A stretch of DNA of 64,000 nucleotides from Eledone cirrhosa (GCA_964016885.1 OZ024761.1:25916001-25980000); one strand, 5' to 3'. Shown: positions 30,387 through 46,833, numbered from the stretch's first letter. Notes: a model not told the origin generated them from the letters alone. Translations and numbers: made by a program.

Positions 30387-30922
30387 TCATGCCTATTTTT
30401 TTTGTCAGAGGATACCTCACGGGAGATATCTAAATCTTCTGAAACTAAATCAAAATTTAGATCTACAGGCAACATGATTTTTTCTTTATTATTTTCACTG
30501 GAGTTTGATTTCTCTCAATCATTCCAATATCTCTTTCTTGTACTTATCTCTCTCTCTTAATATATATATATATATATCTTACGTTCTATTTCTCTATCCA
30601 CTCTGACATATATGTCATAGGAATGAACGTGAGAAACATATATAAATCTTCTCTACCATTTCTCTCGTTTTGTCTTTCCTCCCTACATATTTCCTCTCTC
30701 ATATCGTTGTCTATATTTTGATGGAATAATCACATCCGAAGATTTAAGGATATCTCCCAATTACACAACGAATGCGTTGTATCGTACCTCTGTGATATAT
30801 ATGTAATCACAGAGGTACGATAACACCCAGATACACACACAGACATATATAGTATATATTATATACATATATATATCTCTCTCTATATATATATTATATA
30901 TATATATATATATACATATATA

Positions 30923-31128
30923 TAGTAAAATGTTTGACCCCGATGGCAGAGCACAAGCCATTTCGACGGCGATATGTGGACTAAAAGCTTTAGTCCAGAA
31001 ATAGGAGTCGAAACGCCTTGAGCTCTGCCGTCGGGGTCAAACATTTTCCTATTACCCAATCTACTATCCTAAGTATTGACTACTCTGGTGCGTTATGGTC
31101 CATTTGGTTCCTTACCACACCTCCTTCG

Positions 31129-31131
<3 letters not shown>
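30923..31131 (+). mobile_element. Fold-back PLE-derived element, family H
   Basis: Arms aaatgtttgaccccga...tggactaaa / tttagtcca...tcggggtcaaacattt plus family tail; in (TA)n. Confidence 0.8.
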
Positions 31132-31170
<39 letters not shown>

Positions 31171-31638
31171 GCTACAAGGAATCAGTATTGCTTAATATAT
31201 ATATTTAATTACACATGTTTCACTGCCGATCAGCTCATGCAACGATCGACTAATCTTCGTTCCTTACTCTGGAATCGGAAGCTCCTCAGATATCAGCTCT
31301 CACATGGAGATCCACGTCCAAATGCTGCTAAACTTTATACACCCAATTCGTTATTTAAAGCTACCACAAACTTTATTAGAATAAATTGCATCTCTACTAC
31401 ACACACACATCTTATATATATATATATATATATATGAATTCAGTAATTAGGAATATTCCAAAGCTTGGTAGAACAAGTTGTGAGGAAACTTATCAACATA
31501 CGTTAAGGTGACTCAACAGGTTGGTAGGGATTATGTGGTAGAAACACGAACAAACAAGGAGTGTAATCAAAAAAGAGAAATAGGACGAAGGTAAACAGTT
31601 ACAAAAGGATTTAATCCACGTAAATATATATATATATA

Positions 31639-31843
31639 TAACGAAGGAAATGTGGTAAGGAACCAGGTGGACCATAACGCACCAAAGTACTCAATACTTA
31701 GGGTAGTAGAGTGGGTAATAGGAACGAGTAGGACCGCGACGGCTGAGCTCAAGCCGTTTCGACGGCTAATTCTTGACTAATAAAATGTCCAGAATTAGCC
31801 GTCGAAACGGCTTGAGCTCAGCCGTCGTGGTCCTACTCGTTCC

Positions 31844-31846
<3 letters not shown>
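31639..31846 (-). mobile_element. Fold-back PLE-derived element, family H (best-preserved copy)
   Basis: 60-bp near-perfect arms 31718-31777 / 31787-31846, each containing GAAA cggct-tgagctc-agccg TC. Confidence 0.85.
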
Positions 31847-31875
<29 letters not shown>

Positions 31876-32103
31876 TATATTAGTATGGCTAAATAATCCC
31901 TCTTGTTATCCTGGAGCATCACCTGGTTCTCGCATTCTCATCAGACAGAATTAACGGTGCTGATGACCATGTGAGAAGTAGGTGAAGGGAGCAAGACGCG
32001 CTATTTAGCCTTAATAAAATGAATATTTATATATGTAACAAAGCGAAGTTCACAGTAGATGGAAGAAATATATTAGTTTAACTCTGGAAATAGCAGGCAG
32101 TCA

Positions 32104-32141
32104 GTCTTAACGTTTCTGACACTAGTCATTCATCAGAATAT
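32104..32141 (-). ncRNA. Partly decayed minimal hammerhead
   Basis: Minus strand reads att CTGATGA a tgac-tagt-gtca GAAA cg TT aag. Core and stem II intact, AACGTT palindrome, but stem I only about 2 bp. Confidence 0.45.
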
Positions 32142-32174
32142 AGTTTTAAAAGAGATAAATAGAAAGAACACACA

Positions 32175-32240
<66 letters not shown>

Positions 32241-32382
32241 CACACATATTTAATAAATAGTTTACACGCCAACGCAAGAGCAGAATGGCGGTATCAATCT
32301 GCTGACATGGCTTTTGAGAGGTTGTTTGCATAATTGCAAACGAATCGAATATTATTATTGATATTCGGAAAAAGTGCGATTG

Positions 32383-32590
32383 ATTGGCTGGATCGGTAGA
32401 GCGTCGGACAGCATGCTTTGCACCATATAGTTACGGTTATTTACGTTCTGAGTTCAAATCCCGCCGAGGTTAGCTTTGCTTCATCCTTACTGGGTCGATA
32501 AATAAAGCACCAGTAAAGCACTGGGGTCGATTTTATCGATTTTGCCTTCAAAATTGGTGGCTGTGTCCCTAAAGTAGATACAATTATTAT
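32383..32590 (+). mobile_element. SINE family A variant
   Basis: tcggtagagcgtcggacagcatgctttgc...ctgagttcaaatcccgccgaggttagctttgc...gggtcgataaataaag. Confidence 0.8.
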
Positions 32591-32621
32591 TATTAGAAAA
32601 CACTCAATATAAGTATATATA

Positions 32622-32658
<37 letters not shown>

Positions 32659-32662
<4 letters not shown>

Positions 32663-32777
32663 AAGAGAGACAGAACCCCGATGGCAGAGCCCAAGCCCCC
32701 GAAATAGCTTTTGAAACGGCTTGAGTACTTTAGTGCGTTATGGTCCACCTGGCTCCTTACCACACTTCATTCGTTAT
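32659..32777 (+). mobile_element. Family H element (internally deleted)
   Basis: ggaagagagacagaaccccga...gaaacggcttgagtactttagtgcgttatggtccacctggctccttaccac. Confidence 0.65.
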
Positions 32778-32789
32778 ATATATATATAA

Positions 32790-32850
32790 GGCGATGAAAT
32801 GCCTATGATGGTTGGAAGACCACTGATGAAGGACAAACTTTTTTCATATG
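32790..32850 (+). repeat. Dispersed repeat family T
   Basis: cgatgaaat.cc.atgatggttggaaga.cactgatgaaggac shared with 53621-53680 and the reverse of 63553-63611. Confidence 0.75.
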
Positions 32851-32852
32851 TA

Positions 32853-32890
<38 letters not shown>

Positions 32891-33641
32891 TGTGTCAAAT
32901 ATTTGGTATTAGGATCTTCTGCAGGGAATCAAAGCCCTCGCAACTCTGACAGCAACACACGTGTGGCATGATTTGTATGAATACATCTGATCTTGATACT
33001 GTGTATTTCTGTGTCACTGTTCTATGCCACCAGATTATTTTCTGTAACTCTAAACACATATATTATATTATTTTTATTTTCTTTCCTTTCGTAGTATTGA
33101 TAAAATGTTAATATTTATTTATATAGCAACTATATATTTGGATATTTACACATTATGTTGCCTCTGAAGCGAAATAAATACCAGCTCTGGTGAAATTTCC
33201 TGAATTTGTTCCAGTAAATTTCAACCGAGATGCATCAGACTAGATGTTGTGGTTATGAAAAGTGGGAGTTACAGCGAATTAAAACGAAAATGCTATTGAT
33301 AAATTACATTACAAATCAATTTTCTAGAATCAGTGTCTCTCTCTTTTTTACCGTTCCTCTATGAGAAACTACCAATTATTCTGAGAGCTGCCAGTTCCTG
33401 TACGTTTTAAACAAAAGACACGAGGTGATTCTGGAGTCTACTCTGCCCTGTCACAGGCAAAAGCAAAATGGTTGAACATAGAATCTCAATTTCAATGCTG
33501 TCTGAGAACATGTTTTGAAGACTTAGTTTCATGAGTTATGTGTGTATATGTGTGTATGTGTGTGTGCGTGCGTGAGTGTGTGTGTGTAAGTATCTGTGTG
33601 TCGTTTACGTGTCTGTATCTATGTATATATATATATGTATC

Positions 33642-33689
<48 letters not shown>

Positions 33690-33769
33690 TATGTATACAT
33701 ACAAACATAAATACACAACCATGTATATATATATATATATACATACACACGTATAAATACACACACACT

Positions 33770-33801
<32 letters not shown>

Positions 33802-33952
33802 CATACATACATACATACACAGATATACATATACACACATATAAATATATATATATATATATTTGTATATATACATGCAGATATATATATATATACACAT
33901 ATATATATATGTATATATATATATACATTTATATGTATATATATATATACAT

Positions 33953-33983
<31 letters not shown>

Positions 33984-34199
33984 CATTTATGTATATACAT
34001 ACACACACACGTATATATATATGCATACACACGGATACTTATATATATATATATATGTTATTAAGGTTTATTTTATAATGAAATCATGCGATCTGTTGAT
34101 TCGGTGCCAACATGGACGACGGATGTGTACTGGTCTTATAAAATAGATAAGTAAGCAATAAAAATGAACAATAGCAGGAGAAAAATGTATAAAAATATA

Positions 34200-34216
34200 A
34201 ATAATATATGTATATG

Positions 34217-34255
<39 letters not shown>

Positions 34256-34696
34256 TGATATGTATATATATATATATTATATATACATATATAAACATAT
34301 ATATATATAATATTTAAAATATATATATACATATATAATATATGTATATATATATTATATATACATATATACATATTATATATATATATATATATATGTA
34401 CAATATATATACATATATAATATATGTTTATATGAATTATATATACATATATATATATAATATGTATAATATATGTATATATATATATTATGTATACATA
34501 TATAAACAAATATATAATATATATACATATATAATATATGTATATATATATAAGATATATACATATATAATATATGTATATATATATATATATATAACAT
34601 ATATACATATATAATATATGTATATATATATATATAACATATATACATATATAATATATGTATATATATATATATGTAACATACCTACATATATAA

Positions 34697-34735
<39 letters not shown>

Positions 34736-34841
34736 ATGTATCATACATACATATATAATATATGTATATATATATATATATGTAACATACATACCTATAT
34801 AATATATGTATATATATATATATATATCTAACATACATACC

Positions 34842-34873
<32 letters not shown>

Positions 34874-35620
34874 GTAACATACATACATATATAATATATA
34901 TATATATATATATAATATATATAAATAGATATATAATATATGTAAATATATATATACATGTATAACATATGTATATATATAATATATATAAATATATATA
35001 TAATATATATACATATATAAAATATGTATATATATAATATATATGCATATATAATATATATACATATATAATATATATACATATATAATATATATACATA
35101 TATAATATATGTACCTATATAATATATATACATATATAATATATATACATATATAATATATGTACCTATATAATATATATACATATATAATATATGTATA
35201 TATATATATAATATATATACATATATATTCATATATATATATATGTATATATGTACATATTAAATATACATTTATAATATGTATACATATATATATATAT
35301 ATACATATATAATATATATACATATATATATTATATATACATATATAATATATATACATATATAATATATATACATATATATATATATATTATATATACA
35401 TATATAATATATATACATATATATATATAATGTATGTATATATATATATTACATATACATATATAATATATAACATATACATATATAATATATACATATA
35501 AACATACATATATATAATCTATATATATATATACATATATAATATATAAACATACATATATATAATCTCTATATATATATACATATATAATATATAAACA
35601 TATGTATATACTACATATAT

Positions 35621-35650
<30 letters not shown>
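34200..35650. repeat. (TA)n-based compound micro/minisatellite
   Basis: Directly visible. Confidence 0.9.
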
Positions 35651-35652
<2 letters not shown>

Positions 35653-35654
35653 GC

Positions 35655-35868
35655 AAAAGTTCTATTTAAATTGTTGGGATACAACGAGCAAATAATTTTA
35701 TAACTGATATAAAGCACTCAACAAATAATTGAAGTAAAAATACGATATTGACAAATGGAAACTATATTTATAAAACCATATTTATCTCATTATACATATT
35801 TCAAGGACACCAAGTTAAATTATGGTGTGCTTTCATTAGATAAAATATAATGTAGAGCAGTTTCATAA
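35655..35868 (-). mobile_element. PLE-type terminal repeat, family U
   Basis: Reverse complement of 51719-51929 over about 210 bp; contains a hammerhead fold. Confidence 0.75.
35783..35847 (-). ncRNA. Type I hammerhead fold with G5->A core mutation (probably inactive)
   Basis: tattttat CTAATGA aagc acacca-taatttaact-tggtgt cctt GAAA tatgta TA atgagata. Confidence 0.6.
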
Positions 35869-37101
35869 ATAAATATTGACATACCCTTAAAGAATGCAAC
35901 CATTACTGTTGGAAGCTCCCGGATAGTGGAGTTATATTTATACTTATAGCATTAGATAAGTTAGTATTGGATATTTTTAAATTGGCCGTTGGGTTAAACA
36001 TATATAATGTATATATATATTAACATATACATATAATATATTTACATATATATGTACATATAAGATATATTCATACATATATAAACATATATATATACAT
36101 ATATAAACATATATATATACATATATAAACATATATATATATATAAGCATATATATATACATATATAAACATATATATATACATATATAAACATATATAT
36201 ATACATATATAAACATATATATATACATATATAAACATATATATATATATATATATATAAACATATATATATATATAAACATATATATATATATAAACAT
36301 ATATATATATAAACATATATATATATATAAACATATATATATATAAACATATATAAACATATATAAACATATATATATATATAAACATATATATATATAT
36401 AAACATATATATATATATATATAATCTCTATATATATATAATCTATATATATATATAATCTATATATATATATAATCTATATATACATATATATATAATA
36501 TATATACATATGTATATATATACAAACATATATATATACAAACATATATATAATATATATACATATATATATATATACACACACATGTAAATGAACGAAC
36601 AAAGATCAATATTCAGTTTCAATGAAGTTCCTACACTATACTGATTAGATTGAACATATATCTTCTATATTTTTATTCATTTATTAAATCTATTTTATTT
36701 ATATAGTCTTCCATGGGTTTTGTATTCTTTAATGAGTCTTAGTCACCTCTCGTTTTGTCTTTCCATCCTTTTCATTCTTCTCTTTTAGAAGAACGCAAAC
36801 AAAATACATCAATGAAACAAATCAAAACAAAAGAATAATTCGCTACGAAAACATACCAAAACGAAAATGACTTTAATCTATTTAAATCGAAGTTAAGCTC
36901 CTCAGAATATATATCTAAGCCAAAAATCTTGAACCATTTATCGATTGGATAATACTATGAAGAGAAAATAAAAGAAAAAATATATAGAATAAAACCCAAA
37001 ATGGTAAAATAAGTAAAAAGTGCTAACCAAAGTCACAACATAACATCAAAAATGTTTTAAATATTAAACACGATAGTTATCAGTAGGTAGATAGTTGTGC
37101 T

Positions 37102-37231
<130 letters not shown>

Positions 37232-37375
37232 TACTTGCATGTGAAGAAATCAACATTTGCTAAGGACTATTTCGTGTTAAGATACGGTCTTCCGTGGAAA
37301 ATATAACTCTTAATTTCAAATCCCTCCGACGTTCCCTATTACTCACACATACACACTCTCTCCCTCTCACTGCTG

Positions 37376-37409
<34 letters not shown>

Positions 37410-37446
37410 AAATATGTATATATATATATATAGGTATATATATAAA

Positions 37447-37477
<31 letters not shown>

Positions 37478-37784
37478 AACATATATATATGTATATAAAG
37501 AATGAATAATAACAGGTAGACATCATAAAAATGTGATTCATTCCGTGTGCTTACAAATGTTTCCACGGTGGTATTACAGCCTAGTTATGCTATGTGCAAA
37601 TTTACAACTATTTGCAGAACTCAAATATCCAATGCTGTGACCACTGTATCCTCAGAGCAGACTCTGAGCACACTCCGGAATACAGAAGGATCAGGAACTA
37701 AGTTTCTTCAACAATTCTTCCATAACTCGTAGTGTAACCTCTCACCGTACGTCAACCATATCCAGTGTAGGATAATCCTATACC

Positions 37785-39480
<1,696 letters not shown>

Positions 39481-39949
39481 CAAATTATATAACATTACTA
39501 TTTCAGTAACAGTCTGCTAATAAAAAATATATTTATCTTTTCCTTTAAACTTTCTAGAGTTGCACCTAATATAAATCTTGAATTTCGTTATAACTGGAAA
39601 AACAATTCTAGTTTATACTATTGAGACTTATATTCATTCGATTATGAGCAACCGATTAAATTTTAGAAAAGCGTAATCTAGTTTCGTCACACTTTTATAT
39701 TGCATTATTTTTTATGTCTACGGGAGAGTAATATTGCATCGATACATACTTCTGTATTGAAATCATAAACAACTGGAATAATTTTTTTTTTAATTTTCTC
39801 TTTTTTCTTTGCGTTTCTTGCTTTTGTCTTTTTGTTGTTGCTGTGTTCTTTGTTGTTGTGTTCTCTGTTCAAACTATGTTTAACACTGATCATGGATCAC
39901 TTCGACCGAACACCATAGACGTTCTAGCCGTACTTATTCAATCAAGATT

Positions 39950-40017
39950 ATATATATATACTACTATATGTATGTGTATCATATATATCTATGTATATAT
40001 ATATATACATATATATG

Positions 40018-40051
<34 letters not shown>

Positions 40052-40271
40052 CATATATATGTATATATATACTACTATATGTATGTGTATCATATATATC
40101 TATGTATATATATATATATATACATATATATGTATATATATATATATACATATATGTATATATATATACTACTATATGTATGTGTATCATATATATCTAT
40201 GTATATATATATACTACTATATGTATATATATATATATACATATATGTATATATATATATACTACTATATG

Positions 40272-40319
<48 letters not shown>

Positions 40320-41015
40320 TATGTATATATATATACTAATATATGTATGTGTATCATATATATCTATGTATATATATATACATATATATGTATATATATA
40401 TACTACTATATGTATGTGTATCATATATATCTATGTATATATATATACATATATATGTATATATATATACTACTATATGTATGTGCATCATATATATATA
40501 TGTATATATATATATATACATATATATGTATATATATATATATACATATATATGTATATATATATATATACATATATGTATATATATATATACATATATG
40601 TATATATATATATACTACTATATGTATATATATATATACATATATGTATATATATATACTACTATATGTATGTGTATCACATATATCTATGTATATATAT
40701 ATACTACTATATGTATGTGTATCATATATATCTATGTATATATATATATATACTACTATATGTATGTGTATCATATATATCTATTTATATATATATACTA
40801 CTATATGTATGTGTATCATATATATCTATGTATATATATATACTACTATATGTATGTCTATCATATATATCTATGTATATATATATACTACTATATGTAT
40901 ATATATATATACATATATGTATATATATATATACTACTATATGTATGTATATATATATACATATATGTATATATATATATATACATATATGTATATATAT
41001 ATATACTACTATATG

Positions 41016-41055
<40 letters not shown>

Positions 41056-41128
41056 TGTATATATATATATACTACTATATGTATGTGTATCATATATATC
41101 TATGTATGTATGTGTATATATATATATA
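39950..41128. repeat. Minisatellite tactactatatgtatgtgtatcatatatatctatg interleaved with (TA)n
   Basis: The unit recurs more than 10 times with variable TA runs. Confidence 0.9.
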
Positions 41129-41132
41129 TGTT

Positions 41133-41307
41133 TAGTCTAAGTCTAACTCAACCTCAGAGGCTGATCAGACCAGTGCTTATCCCGGTCTCTATTGTCGTTA
41201 AGTACTCTACTGCCCCCTGGACAGTACGCCAGTCCATCGCAGGGTTTAAACATCCATCTATTACTAGTACACATTCTCAGTTGAGTAAACTGGAGCAACA
41301 TGAAATA
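41133..41307 (-). mobile_element. SINE family B-related 3' part
   Basis: ccagtccatcgcaggg...tgagtaaactggagcaacatgaaat shares the family B body. Confidence 0.6.
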
Positions 41308-41339
41308 TAATGTATATATATACATATATATATATATAT

Positions 41340-41580
41340 CTCATCTAAGGCGGGTAAAATTCCCGAGATTCATGGACGAGTTCTCTCCAGCGGTCTCTGT
41401 CATATCCTGCATCTCCAACAGACCAGTGTCTGTCCTTAGGGCATCAACATATGTTAACCTTGGTCTTCCCCTTCTAGTGTGTCCATGTAGGGGCTCCCAG
41501 AGGAGCACTGAGTGCAATGTCAACTCTGGGTGTCGGTGAGCATGTCCAGCCAACCTCAGTCTCCTCTGTGTCACTTTTGA
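41340..41580 (-). mobile_element. RTE-clade LINE ORF C-terminal fragment
   Basis: QRRLRLAGHAHRHPELTLHSVLLWEPLHGHTRRGRPRLTYVDAL fits the RRLRxAGH...LLWxP.G.R.RGRP motif downstream of RTE reverse transcriptases. Confidence 0.8.
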
Positions 41581-41582
41581 AC

Positions 41583-41878
41583 CACCTAAGAGAATATTAG
41601 TCTACGACCTCTTTTATACCATAAACGTGCTTCTGTCTTTGCGTGTAATTGATTTTCACCGCTCCAAATAATGACGTATTATATTCGTTATTTCCCGTTC
41701 TTTGCCAGGGAGCGTTTCCACGAACCAAAGTATCGTCTTCCTGCCTTCCTCCGGTTGCAACGTTTTTTGAAATATTCACTTCTGCGTTTACAGATTGACT
41801 TTGTTAGTTTCTGAAGATCCCGTTAAAGGTGAAAGCAGCGATTCTTTGCTTAAACTTTAATCTGTTATTTTAATAAAT
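41583..41878 (+). mobile_element. PLE-type terminal repeat, family P1
   Basis: Reverse complement of 13373-13620; ends at aataaa. A short inverted copy of its end lies at about 42013-42038. Confidence 0.75.
41806..41856 (+). ncRNA. Type I hammerhead ribozyme
   Basis: agttt CTGAAGA tccc-gttaa-aggt GAAA gca-gcgattctt-tgc TT aaact: stem I 5 bp, stem III 4 bp, weak stem II (ccc/ggg in the 13373 copy). Confidence 0.65.
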
Positions 41879-41963
41879 ATTTGCTCTACGGTTCTTATAT
41901 ATTTGATATATATTTATCCTTATCAAGCCCTCTTTGGATTTTAGTCTTCAAATTTATTATTAT

Positions 41964-42018
<55 letters not shown>

Positions 42019-43140
42019 TAACATTAAAGTTTAAGCAAGGTGTGTGTGTGTGTGTGTGTGGTGTGTGGTGTGTGAAGTGTGGTGTGTGTGTGTGTGTGTT
42101 GTTTTTGCCGAGAATAAGTAAGTGACATAGTCGCTACTTTAAAACTCATAGTGAATTGTCTTCTAAATATTTTTAATTTAACATACACTATATTGCCAAA
42201 TATAATATACATACATATATATATATATTTGTGTGAAAACAATAAGAAAAGCAACATTTTTATCAACAGCTTGTAGAGATTAAGTCTTCAGTGGTCACAA
42301 TTCTGTAGATTCCGGCACTCTAGGGAGGCCTTAACCTAATAAAACGGAACCATGTTTGATTGTATCTACACCTCAAATAACCAATGCCTCTCACATATTT
42401 AAATCACATTTGACTATTTTATAAAACCATTTCCGACTATCAAACTTCACCCATCTCTCTTTCTCTATTGCTTTTTATTTTATTTATTTTTTGTTTTTGT
42501 TAATCGAAATGCTATTTTTTCTAAGAAGCTACAGAATGAGATTGAAACTGATGCGTGGAACTCTCTTGATTGTGAAGCAAACCTCTCAACCATTAACCCA
42601 CGTTGATGTGTCTGCTGGGAGACGCAGTTTAAAAACTAAACGTCTATCTCTTCTACTCTCATTGTTACTATCATTCTTCGACGGATATTATTACTGGAAT
42701 TTTATTTCAGATTTATTTTTTCTAAATTTCCTCTTCCATTTCTCATTACTATTGTGAAGATAAAGATCACTGCCAAATTTGATAGCTATGAAATTATCGG
42801 TTATCGATTTCCCATTATAAATTCTTAGGTCATGGGTGTCATTGTTTTTGTAGCTTGTGCTGTTGGTTTTGTACTTGTATTTATTGTTGTTGTCAGTGTT
42901 GGTGGGGGGGCGGCAGTGGTGGTGGTAGTGGTGGTGCAATTGTTGTTGCGGTTTTTGTGGCTCTTGGCTTCCGTTGTTCTTTTGTTGTTGTGGTTGTTAT
43001 TCATCTTTTCTTCTACCTCTTCCCCCCTTCTTTCTCTTCCTCTTCTTTTTCTTAGTGTTCTTGTTTAAATATTTACTCCATTGTCGTCTTGCACTTACAA
43101 TTCTCCTATTAAACACATATATGCAGACTTATATACGTAC

Positions 43141-43195
<55 letters not shown>

Positions 43196-43365
43196 TATAT
43201 ACAGATATATGTGTGTATGGGGGGGATGTCAGGGATGATATTGTATCCATAAAATCAATTCCGATACACTTAGAGGGAAATTAACCCACCAATACCAACT
43301 CGTGTAATGATACGTCTAGCTTCCATCGTTCCAGTATATCTATCTATATATGCATATAAATGTAA

Positions 43366-43412
<47 letters not shown>

Positions 43413-43415
<3 letters not shown>

Positions 43416-43672
43416 TTGATCACCTTGACCGACCAGTCTGTCGGGCGCCATTCAGGGCCGCTGGTCACAGCACGTCGTGCTGTATTAGCCATAAGATAAC
43501 GCCATCCCACTGGCTGGGCGGGCAGGCCTGTTCTCATTTCTACAGCTGAGTAAACTGGAGCAACGTGAAATAAAGTGTCTTGCTCAAGGAAACAACACAT
43601 CACCCTGCCCGAGAATTGAACTCACAACCTTTCGATTGCAAGGCCAATGCTTTAACCACTAAGCCATGCGTT
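43413..43672 (-). mobile_element. SINE family B, near full length
   Basis: Minus strand gcatggcttagtggttaaagcattggcc...gtgagttcaattctcgg (tRNA-like head) plus the family B body. Confidence 0.8.
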
Positions 43673-43736
43673 ATCACATACATATATGTGTGTATGTGCG
43701 TGTGCAAATAAATGTAAGTGTATACACAGAGAGAGA

Positions 43737-43857
43737 GTGAGTGAGTGAGTGAGTGAGTGAGTGAGTGAGTGAGTGAGTGAGTGAGTGAGTGAGTGAGTGA
43801 GTGAGTGAGTGAGTGAGTGAGTGAGTGAGTGAGTGAGTGAGTGAGTGAGTGAGTGAG
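43737..43857. repeat. (GAGT)n perfect microsatellite
   Basis: About 30 uninterrupted units. Confidence 0.95.
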
Positions 43858-44043
43858 AGAAAGAAGTAAACTAATATCTTATATATATATATTAAGGTAT
43901 GGCTGGAATGTTATATATTGAAATGTACGCAGTAAAAAAATATGTTATAAATCTAAATCTGTTATCTACTCTTAATTTATTATATATACATACATTACAT
44001 ATATATATATACATACATTATATATATATATATATATATACAC

Positions 44044-44139
44044 AGGTTAACTTTGCCTTTCATCCTTACGGGTCGATAAAATAAAGTACCAGTAATACAC
44101 TGGATAATTGCTGGCCGTGTGCCAAAAGTAGAAACAATT
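44044..44139 (+). mobile_element. SINE family A, 3' half
   Basis: ggttaactttgcctttcatccttacgggtcgataaaataaagtaccag...gtagaaacaatta. Confidence 0.85.
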
Positions 44140-44161
44140 ATATATATATACACATACAGTA

Positions 44162-44217
<56 letters not shown>

Positions 44218-44221
44218 TATA

Positions 44222-44492
44222 TAGGAAAAGTGTCAGGACCCCGACGGCTGAGCTCTGGCAGTTTCGACAACTAGATTTTGGCTTACATTGTTCTTTTGTT
44301 GCTCTTTTGTTGTTGTGGTTGTTATTATTCTTTTTCTTCCTCTAACCCAGAAATTAGTTCGGATCTAGCTGCCGAAACTGCCCGAGCTCAACCGTCGGTG
44401 TCCTGATGTTTTTCGGATTACCCACTGTACTACCCTAAGTAGCCTGTACTCTGGTGCCTTATGGTCCATCTGGTTCCTTACCATGCTTTCTT

Positions 44493-44495
<3 letters not shown>
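44222..44495 (+). mobile_element. Fold-back family H element with a foreign spacer
   Basis: Arms tcaggaccccgacggctgagctctggcagtttcgacaactagat / atctagctgccgaaactgcccgagctcaaccgtcggtgtcctga plus family tail. Confidence 0.8.
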
Positions 44496-44542
<47 letters not shown>

Positions 44543-45305
44543 TTGAATGTTCTTATATTATACGAATTATGTTTACGAGTCGCTACAATATTCAAATTTA
44601 TCAGATTACGTAAGGCTACGAGACGTCCAAGGTTGATTGGAGGTGAATGATATAGAAATGACAAAAACAAACAAACAAACAAGCCCCCCCCCCCCCCATA
44701 AAACAAATAAATAAACGAAAAAAATAAATAAAATACAGAAACAAAAATGGAGTATGCCTGTCTGTATCGTTGATCGTTTTCTAAAACGCTGCCAATCTAT
44801 TGTGGATATACTTAAATTGGTTCGTCTGATTAATAGGGTCTATTGCCAAAAATCCTCTAATGCTAGTGTTATCCTTTGATGAACTTTATCATACGTATTA
44901 TTTGGTTAAATGTTTCTATTGCTTCTTTTATTGGTTTGTACTTTTTATTGATATATTCTATACTATTAATTATTTATTGTAATTAATTATTGATTTCAGT
45001 TTCTACTAGTTCGATATAGTTCGATCTTCTTTCATCTTGTTTTAGCAGTTACATAATTTATCATTTACCTTCAACTTCTTAATTTCATCTTACAGCATTC
45101 ATCTTTTTGTTTTCTTTGATTTTGCTACCTCCTATCTTTTGAATTATGTTTATATGTATATATCTGTGTCTCTTTCTCTAGCTTCTCCCTCTCTCTCTCT
45201 CTTTCACACATGATTTATATATATAAATATATGGTGAAACTTTTAAGACTTTTTGTATCTGTGTTTTGTCGTTTCCTTGAAATATAAAAACACACACAGA
45301 CACAC

Positions 45306-45357
<52 letters not shown>

Positions 45358-45358
45358 C

Positions 45359-45395
<37 letters not shown>

Positions 45396-45401
45396 CATAC
45401 A

Positions 45402-45437
<36 letters not shown>

Positions 45438-45532
45438 TTATATATATATTTATATATAAAAATATATCGTGTAACTGTGAAGACGTTTCGTATCTCTTTT
45501 GTCGTTTCCTTGAAATATATAAATACATTTAT

Positions 45533-45565
<33 letters not shown>

Positions 45566-45588
45566 TACACACACACACACACACACAC

Positions 45589-45646
<58 letters not shown>

Positions 45647-46833
45647 TATGTTTAGGTCTATGTAAGTATCTGTGTGTTTAAACAGGGTTCAATACATTAT
45701 ACACAAAACATGAACTTTATACACGTATATATATTATTTATCCTAGTGTTATTGTTTATTAAATTTAAAACACCACTGAGTGTTGTTGCTGAATTCCATA
45801 TTGGTATATTGGTAATACCATAAGTCTTAATGGCACTATAATTATGTATGCAACACAAGAAATCTTACTCTGTGGCTTCAAATCAAAAATATCGATTTCT
45901 TAAACAGCGACACAAATTCATGCGACATCGCAACAGCACTGATGCTCTCACATTCATAGCAATACTTATCCTAAAGAATTTTATTGACGTCAGTGTAAGG
46001 AAATTACTTGTAAAGAGAATTGTGAAAATGGGTTTATTGTTAAACGGATTCATATAAAAATAAAAATAAAAATAAAAATAAAAATAAAAATAAAAAAAAA
46101 AATAAAAAAAAAAAATAAAAATAAAAATAAAAATAACATAAACGAATTACAAATAAAAATGAAAATAAAAACATGGCGGCTTATTGGAGTTTTTAGTTTT
46201 CTAAATATGCAGTCGAGTCTGGAGTAGTTGTCACATAATTGATTTTTTTTTTCTCTTGTGTGTGTTTTCTCTTTAGAAGAGGGTGGTTTTTAATATAAAA
46301 CATGCTATATAAAATGCTACAGGTGGACTCGTATACATTACTACAACGAAATAGAAATGCGAAATGGATTTATTGTTAAACGGCTTCATGATTTTATATA
46401 AACTCGTGGCATTTATTAGATTCCGCTTTTCTTTTAAAATTTTACGATAGTGTCTGAAGGACTACCGAATTAATTGATTTTTTTCGGGGATGGGGTTGCG
46501 CTTCTAAATACGAAACGTATTCATTTTCAATAGATATGTTGGAACATTTGAAATCTGGTAATGAGAATTGTGTGATGACTTTATTTCTTTCGTCTCACTC
46601 TACTATCCTTTTCACTCCCCCTCTCTCATTGCTCTCTCATCTCTCTCTCTCTCTCTTCGTCATTTGTAACTGCTTTTCTGTGTGCCTTTTTTCTCTCCCT
46701 TTCTCTACACTCACACATGTGTGTGCGTGTGTATGTGTGTGTCTGTTTATGTGTGTGTCTGTGTGTATGTATCTTCCATTAGGGGAACCTAATACAATTA
46801 ATTGTTTTGTATCTGTATTTGCCTTTTTTTATT

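Noticed and set aside
31205-31242. Minus-strand tgcATGA gctg-atcgg-cagt GAAA catgtg TA
   Set aside because: Possibly a relic hammerhead, but the 5' core and stem I are too degenerate to call.
43590-43672. tRNA gene
   Set aside because: The A/B-box-like head continues into a SINE body shared with other copies, and no complete cloverleaf could be built.
46020-46490. Diverged local duplication (aaatgg.tttattgttaaacgg.ttcat twice)
   Set aside because: Real similarity, but old, short and without further structure.
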